Shown: positions 16,230 through 28,308, numbered from the whole stretch's first letter. The stretch is DNA of 63,668 nucleotides, filler included, from Xylographa opegraphella (GCA_022813865.1; 3 parts of 3 records of this genome joined end to end with filler, not necessarily neighbours in it); one strand, 5' to 3'. Notes: generated by a model not told the origin, from the sequence alone. Numbers and translations: made by a program.

Positions 16230-18789
16230 CGTATTCGAATTTTTTAATGTTTTAAAAGATTTAAAAAAATATAAACGATAACAATTATTAAGGCATTAAA
16301 TTTAATAAACCTCAGTAAAAAATTCTTTAAAAATTAATAATTTAATATATATAAATCTTTGTTTAATCAGAATCTTTTAGTTCCCTCGATTCGTTTAGCC
16401 CAGTTAATTAAAACGGTCAAAACGATAAAGGCGAACATAATAACTATTAAAATCGATCGATATTGATTTATTTTATTTAAATATATTAATAATTCAAAAT
16501 TAAAAAAATATCGCTAACAAGAATTTAAAAAATTATTACGGAAATGTTTATAATTTTATAAATTAATTGCGTGTCGCAGCAAGGACTAAAAATGTTATAA
16601 TAATACGACAAATTTAAATATATACTTTCGTGGCGAGGTCGAACTATAGTGGAATACCCAGCTTGACGAGATTATGAAAGAATATAAAATTTACTGCAAA
16701 ATATATGTCGACGATGTAGCAATTCATTCGAATATATGAAAAAAACATTTTCTTTATTTAAACGCAGTTTTTTTATATCTTTTTAAATATAATATATATT
16801 TAACCCCAAGTAAATTTTTCCTGAATTATTTAAGCGTAAATTTATTAAATTAAAAAAAATAACACCTTCGATTTTATAATTATAAAGAATAAATTCAAAT
16901 TATTGTTTTTTTAGTTTTTTTTATAATGTTACGTAAATTTAAAACGTATTCAAAAATAATTAAATATTTTCGTAATTATATTGCGATATATATTTATTTA
17001 ATATTATTATTAAAAAATATATAAAAATTAATTAATTAAAAACCCGTAAAGTACAACGCTATTAATATACACCGTAAAAAATGGCAGTTATTTTCTTTAT
17101 AAATAATTTAATTTTAATGAAATTTAAATTTTTTTAAAAAATTTAAAAACGTTTTTAATAATTTATCTATTTTACCGTATTTTTATTCATTTCGATGATT
17201 TTTTACGATATTAATACGTTATAAAAACACGAAATAAAATTTTATATTTAATATAATCAAAGTATTAACAAATAATAAAATACGTTTACTATTTTATTCG
17301 ATATTAAATTACTTTTGAAAAAACAAACGCTAAGGTTATAACCCTATTTTTTATATCGAAATACTTCGATATTAAGTTTATAATATTTTTAAGTAAGGCT
17401 TTAATTAATATAAGAAGATATTAATTTATTAAAATAAAAATAATATATTTAATGTAAATTATTAAAAAGATTTAATATATATATTAAAAGTCGTAGGAAA
17501 ATAAGCCGCGATAATATATATTGATTACTTTACGATTATGATTATCGCAATTTAAATTAATTTATTAATTATCAATATTGAGAATAGTAATTTACAATTT
17601 ATTAAAGCTTTAAAATATTTTTAATAATTTAAATTTATTGTTAAATACAAGCTCGAGCGATTTTATATTGTAATAAATTTTATTTTTAAATTAGATAGCG
17701 ACAATACGCGCAATGATTACGACAGCTTTTATAATAAATTTCACTATTTATATAATTATTATGCGATTATAATTAAAATTTCGCCTGGGTTTAAAATTAA
17801 ATTTATTATTGAATACTAAAAAAATTCGTTAGCGTAACATTTTTAAAAATTTATAAAAACGATATTTTAAATATGTACGCGATATTCGTTTCGTACGAAA
17901 AAAACAAAAAAAATTTATATTTAATAAATTCTAATAATGGTCGAATAAAATTATATATATCGTATAATTTAATAAAAAACGTATTATATATAACGTACGA
18001 TTTATACGATTATTTTAAATATTATTATATTTACGAAAAAATTACGGCTTTTTTATATATTTATTAATTGAAATATTATTGAGATATTATTTTAAAATAT
18101 ACATTAAGTGTTACCAATTATGTCTCAGAAATCAAATTAAACGATATAAATTTAAAAGAAATTTTAGCCGATTTTAACGCTTAATATTTTTTATTATTAT
18201 ATAACGATAGATTTTATTCTCGCTTTATGAAAATTATAATAAAAATACGATTGCTGCTTTATTATAATATATAAATATAATAAGAAAATTAATATAATAT
18301 TTAAAATAAATTTATACCGTAAATAATTGGGCTAAAAAGTTTTTAATATATAATTAAATCGTTAAATAATATATTTCGAAAGTTATAACTTTAGATAAAA
18401 ATCACTTTTTTTATCGAAATTATAATTTTTTAAAAATTTAAAAGTGGAATTGCTGTTGTTTATCGTATATTACTCTTAAATCGACGGTTGAGTAAAAAAA
18501 TTAACTAAATTGTTAAAATAATTTTATAATATATAATTATAAAATTAAAAATATTTAAAAATTAATCGAATCTTTTGCTATTTTTGTAAATAATATTTAA
18601 CAATTTAATAAATTCGATTACTGGGAAATTTGCTTACAAAATTATATAAAATTATATAATTAAACGAAAAGTTTGATATATTAAATTTAACGAATTTTTT
18701 AGTAAATTTTAGCGATAAAAAACGGCGTATAATTTTTTAGCGATATAAAATAAGAATTAAAAAAATAATAACTTTTACAAATATATCGA

Positions 18790-18895
18790 TAAAAATACTA
18801 CGATAAAAATACTACGATAAAACATACTACGGTAAAACATACTAAGATAAAAAATACTACGATAAAAATGCTACGATAAAATACAACGATATAAA
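18790..18895. repeat. Tandem 14-mer (TAAAAATACTACGA)n expansion in B3
   Basis: About 7 copies; the paralogous sites in B2 (~6680) and B1 (~20295) have a single unit. Confidence 0.8.
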
Positions 18896-20549
18896 ATATA
18901 TCGTGATTTTCTTATTATTTAACGATTACGCGATAATTTATTTATATAAAAAATATATTATTTTTAATTATTTTTAATAACAAAAATTTTAATACGTAGA
19001 TTTTTTTTAAAGTTTTTAATAAAAAATATTAATATATTAACTCGAGCTTTTTATAAATTAAAAAATTTATTTAACTTTTACGATTATACAGCTTTTTATA
19101 AATTAGAAAACTTATTTTATTTTTACGATTATACAGATTGATTTTATATTAAATTTAAAATTCGATTTTTATTATAAATTTATTTTTAATCAATTTATAA
19201 CGATATATAGTAATAATTATAAAAATTAATTTTTTAAATTAAATCGATTATTAAATAAACGAGAATGGGTATTTCGGAGAAAATTTATCGTAAAATATTC
19301 AATTAGATAAAAAATACGAAGCAGAATATAATAAATAATTAAAAAAATTAAGCGAAACGCGCGAGTTTATTAACGATTATAATAAAATTATGGAAAAATA
19401 TACGCTTAATACGTTTAATCTAAAATTATTAAAAAATACTAAAAATAATATTAACGCATTATTATTAGCGAAAAAGGGTAATTAAAAAATAATTTAAACG
19501 TATTTATATTCGAATGTTTAAGTGTATTTAAATTCGATTTAAATGTTATTTAATTTAACCGCTGAATTTTCTTTAATTAAAGGGATTTATTACGGGTTTT
19601 AAATTTTAAACTTTAATTTAATCTGTGCTTTTTTTTGCTTTATTTGCATATTTTAGCGAGTTGTTATACAATTCAACCTTTTTTATAATTATAATTCAAC
19701 TTTTTCACATTATTACAAATCATAAATTCTGTAGTCAGGCGCTCATTTTATAAACTGCTATTTTATCGTAAAATATAACTTTAATAAAAATATTGATAGA
19801 ATATTAAAACAATATTTATACCATAAAGAATTAAATTAATAATTTTTAATATATTTTTCAATCGTCGAATAATTTATCTCGAAAGTTATATTTTTAAATC
19901 AAAATAAATATTTTTTATTAAAATAATAAAAAAACTTTTTCAAATTTTATAAGTGAAATTATTATACTTTTTCGCATATTACTTTTAAATCAACGATTCA
20001 TTTAAAAAATTAATTAAACTGTCGAAATAACTTTGTAATATATAATCGTGAAATTAAAAATACTCGAGAATTAATCGAATCTTTTATTCATTTTATAAAC
20101 AACGTTTGATAATTTAACAATTTCGATTACTACGAAATTTATTAAAAAAAATTGCGCAAGGAATACGTTTAAATTAAAACTTTAAAATATTAAATTGAAC
20201 GAATTCTTTAATAAATGTCGATTTAAAATGGGCGTATAACTTTCAACGATATAAAACAAAAATTCAAAAATATTAACTTTTACGAATATATCGATAAAAA
20301 TACTATAATAAAAAATATATCGCGATTTTCTTTACGTTAAACGATTACGCGATAATTTGTTTGTATAAAAAATACGATATTTTTATCGTTTTTAATAAAA
20401 AACTCTTTTTTAATACGTAATTTTTTTTTAAATTTTTAAAAAAGATTAAAAAATTAATACATTAATTCGAGTTTTTAATAAATTAAAATTTTTATTTAAT
20501 TTTTACGATCGTATAACTTGACTCTGCGTTAAATTTAAAGTTTGATTTT

Positions 20550-20797
20550 TGTAACGGCGTGTTACATGGCACCTTAACAAGTGATAGACGGAACGGGACT
20601 AAAGCGCGTCCGGGACTNNNNNNNNNNNNNNNNNNNNNNNNNNNNNNNNNNNNNNNNNNNNNNNNNNNNNNNNNNNNNNNNNNNNNNNNNNNNNNNNNNN
20701 NNNNTAAACTTGCTTCCTTGTATTATTCTAGGTTGAAATCGCTCACCTATAGCTGTGGTTCTAGGCCTGCTTTTCTGGTGAGATAGCGAGCCGTAAC
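20550..20797. mobile_element. GC-rich LTR, family C (spans an N gap)
   Basis: TGTAACG...CGTAACA termini; the right part is the reverse complement of 63608-63668. Confidence 0.7.
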
Positions 20798-21885
20798 AAG
20801 AAGCTTATTAATATAAAACGATCGTATATAAATACGTAGTATAAATAAGCGACTTTTTATAATTAAATTTCGATTGAATTCAGTAAAAAATGCTAGTAAT
20901 ATTCGTAATTCAAGTAAATAATTATTTCGAGCTTTTTTAAAAGCGTTTAACTCGTCGTTATCAAATTTATAAACGTTCGCTAAGTTTAAATCTAAGAGTT
21001 TCTGGACATAGTCGTGGTATTTCAAGCGATATTTTTTAAGTTTTCGTCTGGGGAAATCGTTTCGTAGTATATTTACTTCGTTGTTAATTATAAAATCGGG
21101 TATGATTGTTTTATTTACGTTTGTTTAAAAAACAGCAGCAGTTTGAATACGTATTAAAAAAACATATGTGCGGGATGTACGTAAACGAAAAAAGCGAAAT
21201 TTTTTTAGAAACACGCTTACTTGGCCGAGCGATTATTATAAAAAGTTTTAATACATGAAATATAAAATTTGGGCTTAAAATACAATGCGTATTTAATTTA
21301 TTAAGCTGAAATTAAGGGAAAAAGTAATTAAAATCGCAGATTTTAATTATATATATATTGAACTTTTTAAATTAAAAACCACGCCCAGGATGCGAGTAAT
21401 TAAAAACCAGGCTTAAAATGTAGATCGACAGGTAAACAAGCCGGCAAACAGGCAGGCAAGCAAATAAACAAGTAAATCGAACGCCATTTCGAACTTTGCA
21501 CCTTATATTATTAAATAAAAAAATATTTTGTGAAAAACCCATCGTAAAGTATTTAATTAAATAAAAAAAACACGGGACAGAATATAATAAATAATTAAAA
21601 AAAAACCTGGGCGAGGCGAAAAAGTTTATTAACGACTATAATAAAATTACGAGAAAATATATATTTAATACGCTCGATCGAAAATTATTAAAATTAATAA
21701 AAAAATTAATATTAACGTATTATTAATAATTAAAAAAATCGATTAAAAATAATTGAAACGTATTTATATTTTGTATATAAATTTTATTCAACGTAAACGC
21801 TGGAATTTTCTTAATTAAAAGAATTTATTTTGAGTTTTGAATTTTAAATATTAATTTAATTTATACTTTTCTCTTTTGTTTTATT

Positions 21886-22198
21886 TGTTACGGCTCATCA
21901 ACTCACCACACAAGCACGCCTAGAACGTAAGCTTTAGGTGGACGATTTCAACCCAGATTAAGATGGAGAAGCGATGAGGCTGCTTGTGACGGCTATGACA
22001 TCAGTCACAGGTAATAGGGGTCGGGCTGGATCAGGACTAGCACCTTTAGTATATANNNNNNNNNNNNNNNNNNNNACATCAGTCACAGGTAATAGGGGTC
22101 GGGCTGGATCAGGACTAGCACCTTTAGTATATACTCTCGCCCATGGAGCAGCCTCACCGCTTCTCCATCTTAATCTGGGTTGAAATCGTCCACCTAAA
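21886..22198. mobile_element. Family D LTR with a second D LTR inserted in inverted orientation
   Basis: 21886-21984 matches the first ~100 bp of 55476-55658; from 21985 the sequence matches the reverse complement of that LTR starting at its terminus (TGTGACG). Confidence 0.75.
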
Positions 22199-22298
22199 NN
22201 NNNNNNNNNNNNNNNNNNNNNNNNNNNNNNNNNNNNNNNNNNTTAATTAATTAANNNNNNNNNNNNNNNNNNNNNNNNNNNNNNNNNNNNNNNNNNNN
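22199..22298. other. Assembly spacer N44-TTAATTAATTAA-N44
   Basis: Exactly 100 nt with an all-frame-stop linker; identical to 44030-44129. Confidence 0.95.
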
Positions 22299-22371
22299 CA
22301 GAGGCAACGGAGGCATCGGACTATAGTTCTTCCAATCCTTGTTCCACACAGTATTGGCTAGAGCCTTATCA
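22299..22371 (-). mobile_element. End of a GC-rich LTR related to family A
   Basis: TGTTCCACACAGTATTGGCTAGAGCCTTATCA resembles TGTTTCACACAACATTGGTCAGAACCTTATCA at 16198-16229. Confidence 0.65.
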
Positions 22372-25300
22372 TAAATACACGTAAATTTAAAATCTTCGCC
22401 TTAATTTTAATTAATATATATAAATTTTTGTTAATATTTTGCGAAAACTATAATTATTATTTTTAAATTATAAATAATTATTTTAAAAGTATTTAAATAT
22501 TTTCTTAAAATAAAAATTAAACGTAATTGTCGAGTTGAATAAAGAAAAGCGTACTATAAAAGTTTAATTTAAAATAAAATTTATAACGATTTATAATAAT
22601 AACGTTTTTAAGCTTGAATTGATTTTAAATAATTAAAAAATAAATATTAGAATCGTTTCCCACTATACAATATTTTATAAATTAATATAAGATAACGTTA
22701 TCGAACGATTAAGATAAGCCTTAAAAGATTTAACACGCGTGATATTTAAAAACGTAGAATTCTTTAGGAATTTTAAATAAAAATCGAATTAATTAATAAT
22801 TATTAAAAAAATCGAATCGATACTGATTTTATAATTAACGACAAATTAATATCGTTTAAAAAAATTAAATAAATACAATATTTAATATCGAGTATATTAA
22901 AATTTAGGAATATAAATATCATTTTTACGTTGATTCGAAATTTTTACTTTAAAAAGGAAAATATAAAAAATCTATGCCGCGAAATCGTATAAAGATATTT
23001 ATAAATTATATTAATAAAATTAATGAAGTATAATATTTATAAATATCGAATTTTTAACGCGTAATTAAAAGCCACGCGGTAAAATTTAAGGAAAATATAT
23101 TTTAAAAAATAATCGATTTTAAATTTTTAAAATAAACTGCGAATATTTTATTTATAAAAAACTTTGTAAAAAGGCCTCGCATATTGTTTGTAAATAATAT
23201 AAATATTATATTAATCGAAAAAAGATTCGTTGAAAAACCTCGAAAAAAGCATTGAAATTTATAAAAAATTTAAATCATTAATTACGCTTAAAAGTCCGTT
23301 GAATTAATTTTTTTATTTATTTAAAAAGTTTTTTTATTAACGACCAAATTCTTTTTATATATAATGATTTTCAAGCGAAAGAATTTAATCGATTAAAATA
23401 TTTAAAATACGTTATTAATCGTTAAAAAAATTTATTTAATTATATAAAAAGAAACTTAGCAAGGTTAATTTCGATAATGATTAATTATCATAGATTCTTG
23501 TCGTTCCAGGTTAAATAAAACTTATTATTAAAATTTTATTTTTTAATTTTAAAAGAAAATTTAACGAAATAAATCTCGTTGATTAAAATTTAAAAATAAT
23601 AATAATAGTTTGAGCTAGCTTAAAGAATTTATTATTTAAAATTAAATATCGTTTTTATATTATTAACGTATAAAAAACGGTTAATAATTCAAAATAGGGG
23701 AATTTTTAAAAAAAATCGTCAACGCGAAAATCGTCGTACTCGTAATTAACGAAATTTAAAAAAAATTTTATTAAAAAATGTTAATATCGTTATAAATAAA
23801 TAAATATTTAAATTGAAATTTTACATTAACGATTTAGTAATTAAATCCAAGATTTGTATAATGATAAAAAAATTGAAAAATACGGCGTAAACTGGGAGAA
23901 TATTTTTATTTTAATTATAAAATATAATACGTTTCGCCTTTTTCACGTTAATAATTATAATAAATTTAAAATACGATTAAATAAACGTTAATAACGTTTT
24001 TATCGAATTTTTTTTTAAAAAAAGTTATATATTACTTTTATCTAAAATTAAAGTCAAATTAAAATATTGTTTAAAAATGCTATAAAATCTTTACGACTTT
24101 AAATAAATAATTCGTAATTAATATAAACGTTAAATTTTAAATTTTAAACGAATTAATTTTAGATAATATAATATAAATTTTTGTTTATTAATTTATTTTA
24201 ATAAAAGAATTGGGTTATTTTTGTACGTAAACGATATCGAAATTGCAGTATCTTGTTAAATTAAAATTAATTAATTTAAAATTAAATTCGCGAAACTTTT
24301 TAAAATTAAAAATTTAAGGGAAATTTTTTTTTCAAATATTTAAATTACGCGCGATAGAAAAAAATCGCTTAATTCATGTAAACTAAATTTATTATTTAAA
24401 AAAAGCTTTTGTAAAATTATATATTAAAATAAATAAATACAAAATAATAAAAATTTAATAAATAATTATAACTCGCTTCGATTAGTCGACTTTAAGAATA
24501 AAAAATCGATTAATACGAATATTAATATGTAATTGGAAGTTTAATATATATCATTATATATACGCGTTTTAATATTGTTTTTATCTTAAAAAAGTTAAAT
24601 TAATATTTTAATAATTTTATAAAACATTACGACCGCGTGTTAAAAACTTTATTTTATTACATTTAATCAACGATTGACTTCAAAATAATTTACGAAAGTA
24701 GTAAAAACCTTAATTTTGTTAATTATTTTATTATTAATTACGCGATAAATAAATCGAATCGAAAATTTATTTTTAAATACGTATATATATTTAACGAAAG
24801 GTCAATTGCCTAAGCAAGTTAAAAATAAAAATAAAGATTTATTTTAATTACTAAAGTTAAATATATAGCCCTAGTAAATTGCGCGAAAAACGGACTTTAA
24901 ATTATACAATTATTTAAAACTTTAAGTGCAGTAAATATTTGAATATCGAATTAAATAGTATTAATATTATAAAAAGTAATTAATATTATAAAAAGTAATT
25001 AATATTATAAAAACTAATTAATATTAAAAAAATCGTTAATACAGTTGAAATGAATGGGTGGAATCAGTATGGTGGAACCAGTGCTTCATTGAACTATCTG
25101 TCAAGATGCGTAAGAAGGTTACTTTCTTCTTAAGGAAGAAAGCTCCCTTATATACGGCTACGCTAGTCTAGAAGCAGGTTAGCGTCTATATCGCCTGCAG
25201 GCAATATAGAGGGCATTCTGCCAGGCAACGCTATTTCCAACAAATACAGCTAAAAGAAATAATTAAATATTATTAACGCTAATTAAAAACGTTTATATTC

Positions 25301-25772
25301 ACGAAAAATCGAAGTATATTAACGTTATTTGTTATTTTACTAGGGATTTTCATTAAAGAAATTAAAATTAAATTAATTTCGTATTTACGCAGAATACAAT
25401 TATAAATAAATTAATTAAATTACTATTTAACTTTAACTTTAAAAAACTGATTATTTAATTAAATTTTAAAAATAGTAAAAGCTAGCGATTTATCAAATAT
25501 CGAATAAAAATATTGGAAATAACGCCGTTGAGCAGAAGATTTTTTATATTGTTTAAAAATAATATAAACGCTAGCTCGATATTAAATTAACGTAATAATT
25601 AATCTATCATAATTATCAAATCAACGTAATTATTAATTAAATATAATTATTCAACTAGCGTAACTATATATAAAGAATTTTTTTTTAAAAAAAGCAACCT
25701 TTTTACGTATTTTAATAGGTAATTCAATGAAGCATTAATTTCACAATTTGATTCCACCCATTCATTTCAACT
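22372..25772 (+). mobile_element. Copia/Ty1 LTR retrotransposon, 3' part (family F, RIP-degraded)
   Basis: Order integrase-RT-RNaseH with relics of LYVDD (TTGTACGTAAACGAT ~24221), TEAEY (ACTAAAGTTAAATAT ~24851) and SKHID (TCGAAGTATATTAAC ~25308); 3' LTR 25511-25772. Confidence 0.8.
25043..25242 (-). mobile_element. Solo LTR, family F (200 bp, little RIP), inverted inside a family F Copia
   Basis: Perfect TSD AATAC (25038-25042, 25243-25247); near-identical reverse complement of 47810-48009. Confidence 0.9.
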
Positions 25773-26844
25773 GAATAATTATTTATTAAATAATTAATCT
25801 GACGCGAAAAAGGTATTTTCTTTATAAAAATTTTATTAACGCCGGTGCGTTTTGTTCGATAATTTTTATTAGTTTAATAATTATGTTTCTATAGTTTTAT
25901 TAATTATAAATATATTTAGATTTGCGCTTTATATCTTTTAACTATATCATTTTTTGATTATAAATATTTAAAGTAATTCTTTCTTATTTATTATTTTAAT
26001 AAAAAGTAAAATAAATGAGGCTCGCGTATTTGTTTCTCGCAGTTAAAAAAGTTTATATAAAAAATATTATAAATTTTGTACGTATTAAGGAAATTTAGCC
26101 TATAAATTTATTTCTTAATACGTTTAATAATTTAAAATAATTCAAAATATTAATTGTTAAATTTTCTTAATAAACGTATTGTTTAAATATTCGTATTTGA
26201 TAAAAATATCAAATCGTTTTTTGAATTTTATTGAAAAACAATATTCATTATAATTTTTTTCAATTTTTTATACGACTTTTATTATATATTTTGATTTTTA
26301 TTGATTTTTTTAATATTCGCCGCGTATATTATAACGTTTGTTAATATTCTATTGATTTTAACGTTTATAACTATTTATAATCGTTAATTTTTTTTCTTTT
26401 TTTTTTTCGAAAAAAGCGATACTTTTATAAATATATTATTATTATTATTATTATCTATATATTTAACTAGGGATAAATAATTTATTTAATTATTTTAATT
26501 TTTATTAGTAAAGATTTATAATTATTATTTTTTAATTCAATTATATTTTTTAATTTATTTAACAAATTAAAAATAATACATTATTAACAGTTTGAATTTG
26601 ACTTTTAAAACATTAAATAGTATTTTTTTTTAAAATTTCGATATAAACAAAGTTTTTTTGTCGCTTACAATGAATTCTGGTATTATATAATATCTAAATT
26701 TTTTTCATCATTAAGTATTTAAATTTAGCAGAGTTTATTCTAATATAATATAAAATAAAATAAAATAAATATTTTTAATTAATATATAACTACGATTATA
26801 ATTGAATTATATTTTAAATTATTATTTTTATCGATTAAAAATAT

Positions 26845-27100
26845 TGTGGTGGATTCGGGGCGGGTCTTTTGGGCGCTTTTTGGATTTCGAGCTTCCTTCC
26901 TCACGCATCTNNNNNNNNNNNNNNNNNNNNNNNNNNNNNNNNNNNNNNNNNNNNNNNNNNNNNNNNNNNNNNNNNNNNNNNNNNNNNNNNNACCTTATTC
27001 AGAAAAGACTTGACCTAGCTGCGACCCCGATCCAATCCTTTTGCCTACCCCTTTGCCTACTCAACTAGGCTGCTGCGGACTTCCTACGAATTCCTTTACA
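26845..27100. mobile_element. GC-rich LTR-like sequence, family G (spans an N gap)
   Basis: TG...CA ends; the right part matches RIP-mutated 48978-49079. The two sides of the gap may not be the same element. Confidence 0.55.
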
Positions 27101-27569
27101 ATATAAAGCGTAAAAGTTTTACGATTATATTAATAAAAATATTATTTTAAAAATAATTCAAAATAAATAATGATTGCAAGTTTTGGTTCGATATTATATA
27201 AAATATTTTTGTTTTTTAATATATATCGTATATTTTTATAAAATCTCGAATAAAATCTCTGAGTTCGAATTAGTAATAATTTTCATTAATAAAGTAAAAT
27301 ATTTTAATTACTTCGAAATATCTCGTTATCGAAGTATCGTAGTATTTTTATAAAACGTGATTTAATAATATAAATAAAATATAATTTTTTTTAAAAAAAT
27401 AGTAAGCCATCGCGAATAATAAAATTTGAATATATTATTAATATTGCGACTACGAAACGAAACGTATTATTTTTTAATAATAATCATTTAAATTTAAAAT
27501 AATATATCAATTTATACATTATCGAGTATCGTAGCTAAGTATTTTTTAATATTTTATATTATAACTGAT

Positions 27570-27798
27570 TGTTATAAGCACTGCTGAAAGCGGGTGATTA
27601 TGTGAATAGTAAAGAAAGATGATCTGCAGAGCCGAAAGCTTTATTTATATACATGTGAGGGTTCCTAATTGAGCAGTAGGCCCTTATTAGTCATATGTGA
27701 CAGGAGCTCTGATGAGCAATCAAGGCAACTGCAGCCAAAGTCTGCACCCTGTAACTGCAGCAGGGACCTGCGGTCTGTAACTGCAGCAGTTATATACA
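27570..27798. mobile_element. Probable solo LTR, family H
   Basis: GC-rich 229-bp island with TG...CA ends in AT-rich DNA; internal repeat CTGTAACTGCAGCAG x2; possible RIP-altered TSD TGAT/CGAC. Confidence 0.6.
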
Positions 27799-28308
27799 CG
27801 ACTCGTAAAATTTTAAATTTTAAATTTTAAATTTTAAGCAAAATTTCTTTTTGCTAATGAAACTCGTTTACAATTAAAAAACAAATAAATTACACCAGGG
27901 TTTTATTAAAAATACTGTATTGTTAAATTTATAAACAAGGTTTTACTAAAATTCAATTTTAATTATTTTAATTAATATCGCTGCAGAATTTTATTATAAG
28001 CAGTTACATTAAGCTAGTTTTAATCTGCTTTAATAAAGTTATAATACGGACGTAGTGCCGAGGCCTTAATGGCTTAGGTACAGGAACCGTGACAGGATGA
28101 AATTGACGTAAATTCAAACAAATAATAAATAAATTGCACCTTAACACTAAACTCTCAAGCAAACTCGGTTTCCAGTCTTACAGTAGCAACTTGTGCGCTA
28201 TTCTGAAATTTACTCGGGATAGGGGCATGAGTGGTCGAAAATACGGGTCTACAATGGGGTTCAGTATTCTAACCGGTACAGTATATCAAGACACACAAGC
28301 TACCAAGC

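Larger units (their letters stand above)
8976..19752 (+). mobile_element. Gypsy family B, copy B3 (internally deleted, carries element A)
   Basis: LTRs 8976-9146 (starts TGTCACG) and 19588-19752; TSD GACCG/AACTG (RIP-type differences); intact TATGTCGACGAT (YVDD) at ~16704; purine run AAAGGGA before the 3' LTR. Confidence 0.85.
85..21885 (+). mobile_element. Gypsy family B, copy B1 (oldest host, RIP-degraded, fragmented)
   Basis: Segments ~85-438, 7500-8975, 19753-20549 and ~21506-21885 are collinear with copy B2 from ~4270 to ~7390 (RT with degraded YxDD, downstream pol, chromodomain, start of 3' LTR at ~21826). Confidence 0.8.

Noticed and set aside
6587..18067. Short I/K/N/Y/F-rich ORFs in the AT block (6587, 12855, 14103, 15175, 17873), also 46346 and 47658
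   Set aside because: Chance or remnant frames in RIP-degraded transposons; not functional genes.
18790..18895. Regular repeats resembling a CRISPR array
   Set aside because: Head-to-tail tandem units without unique spacers, eukaryotic context, no cas genes.
22243..22254. TTAATTAATTAA between N runs (also 44074-44085)
   Set aside because: Artificial scaffolding linker, not biological.
1..28140. AT-rich DNA as mitochondrial insertion or foreign/horizontally acquired DNA
   Set aside because: LTR/TSD structure, retroelement motif relics and transition-dominated divergence explain it as RIP.
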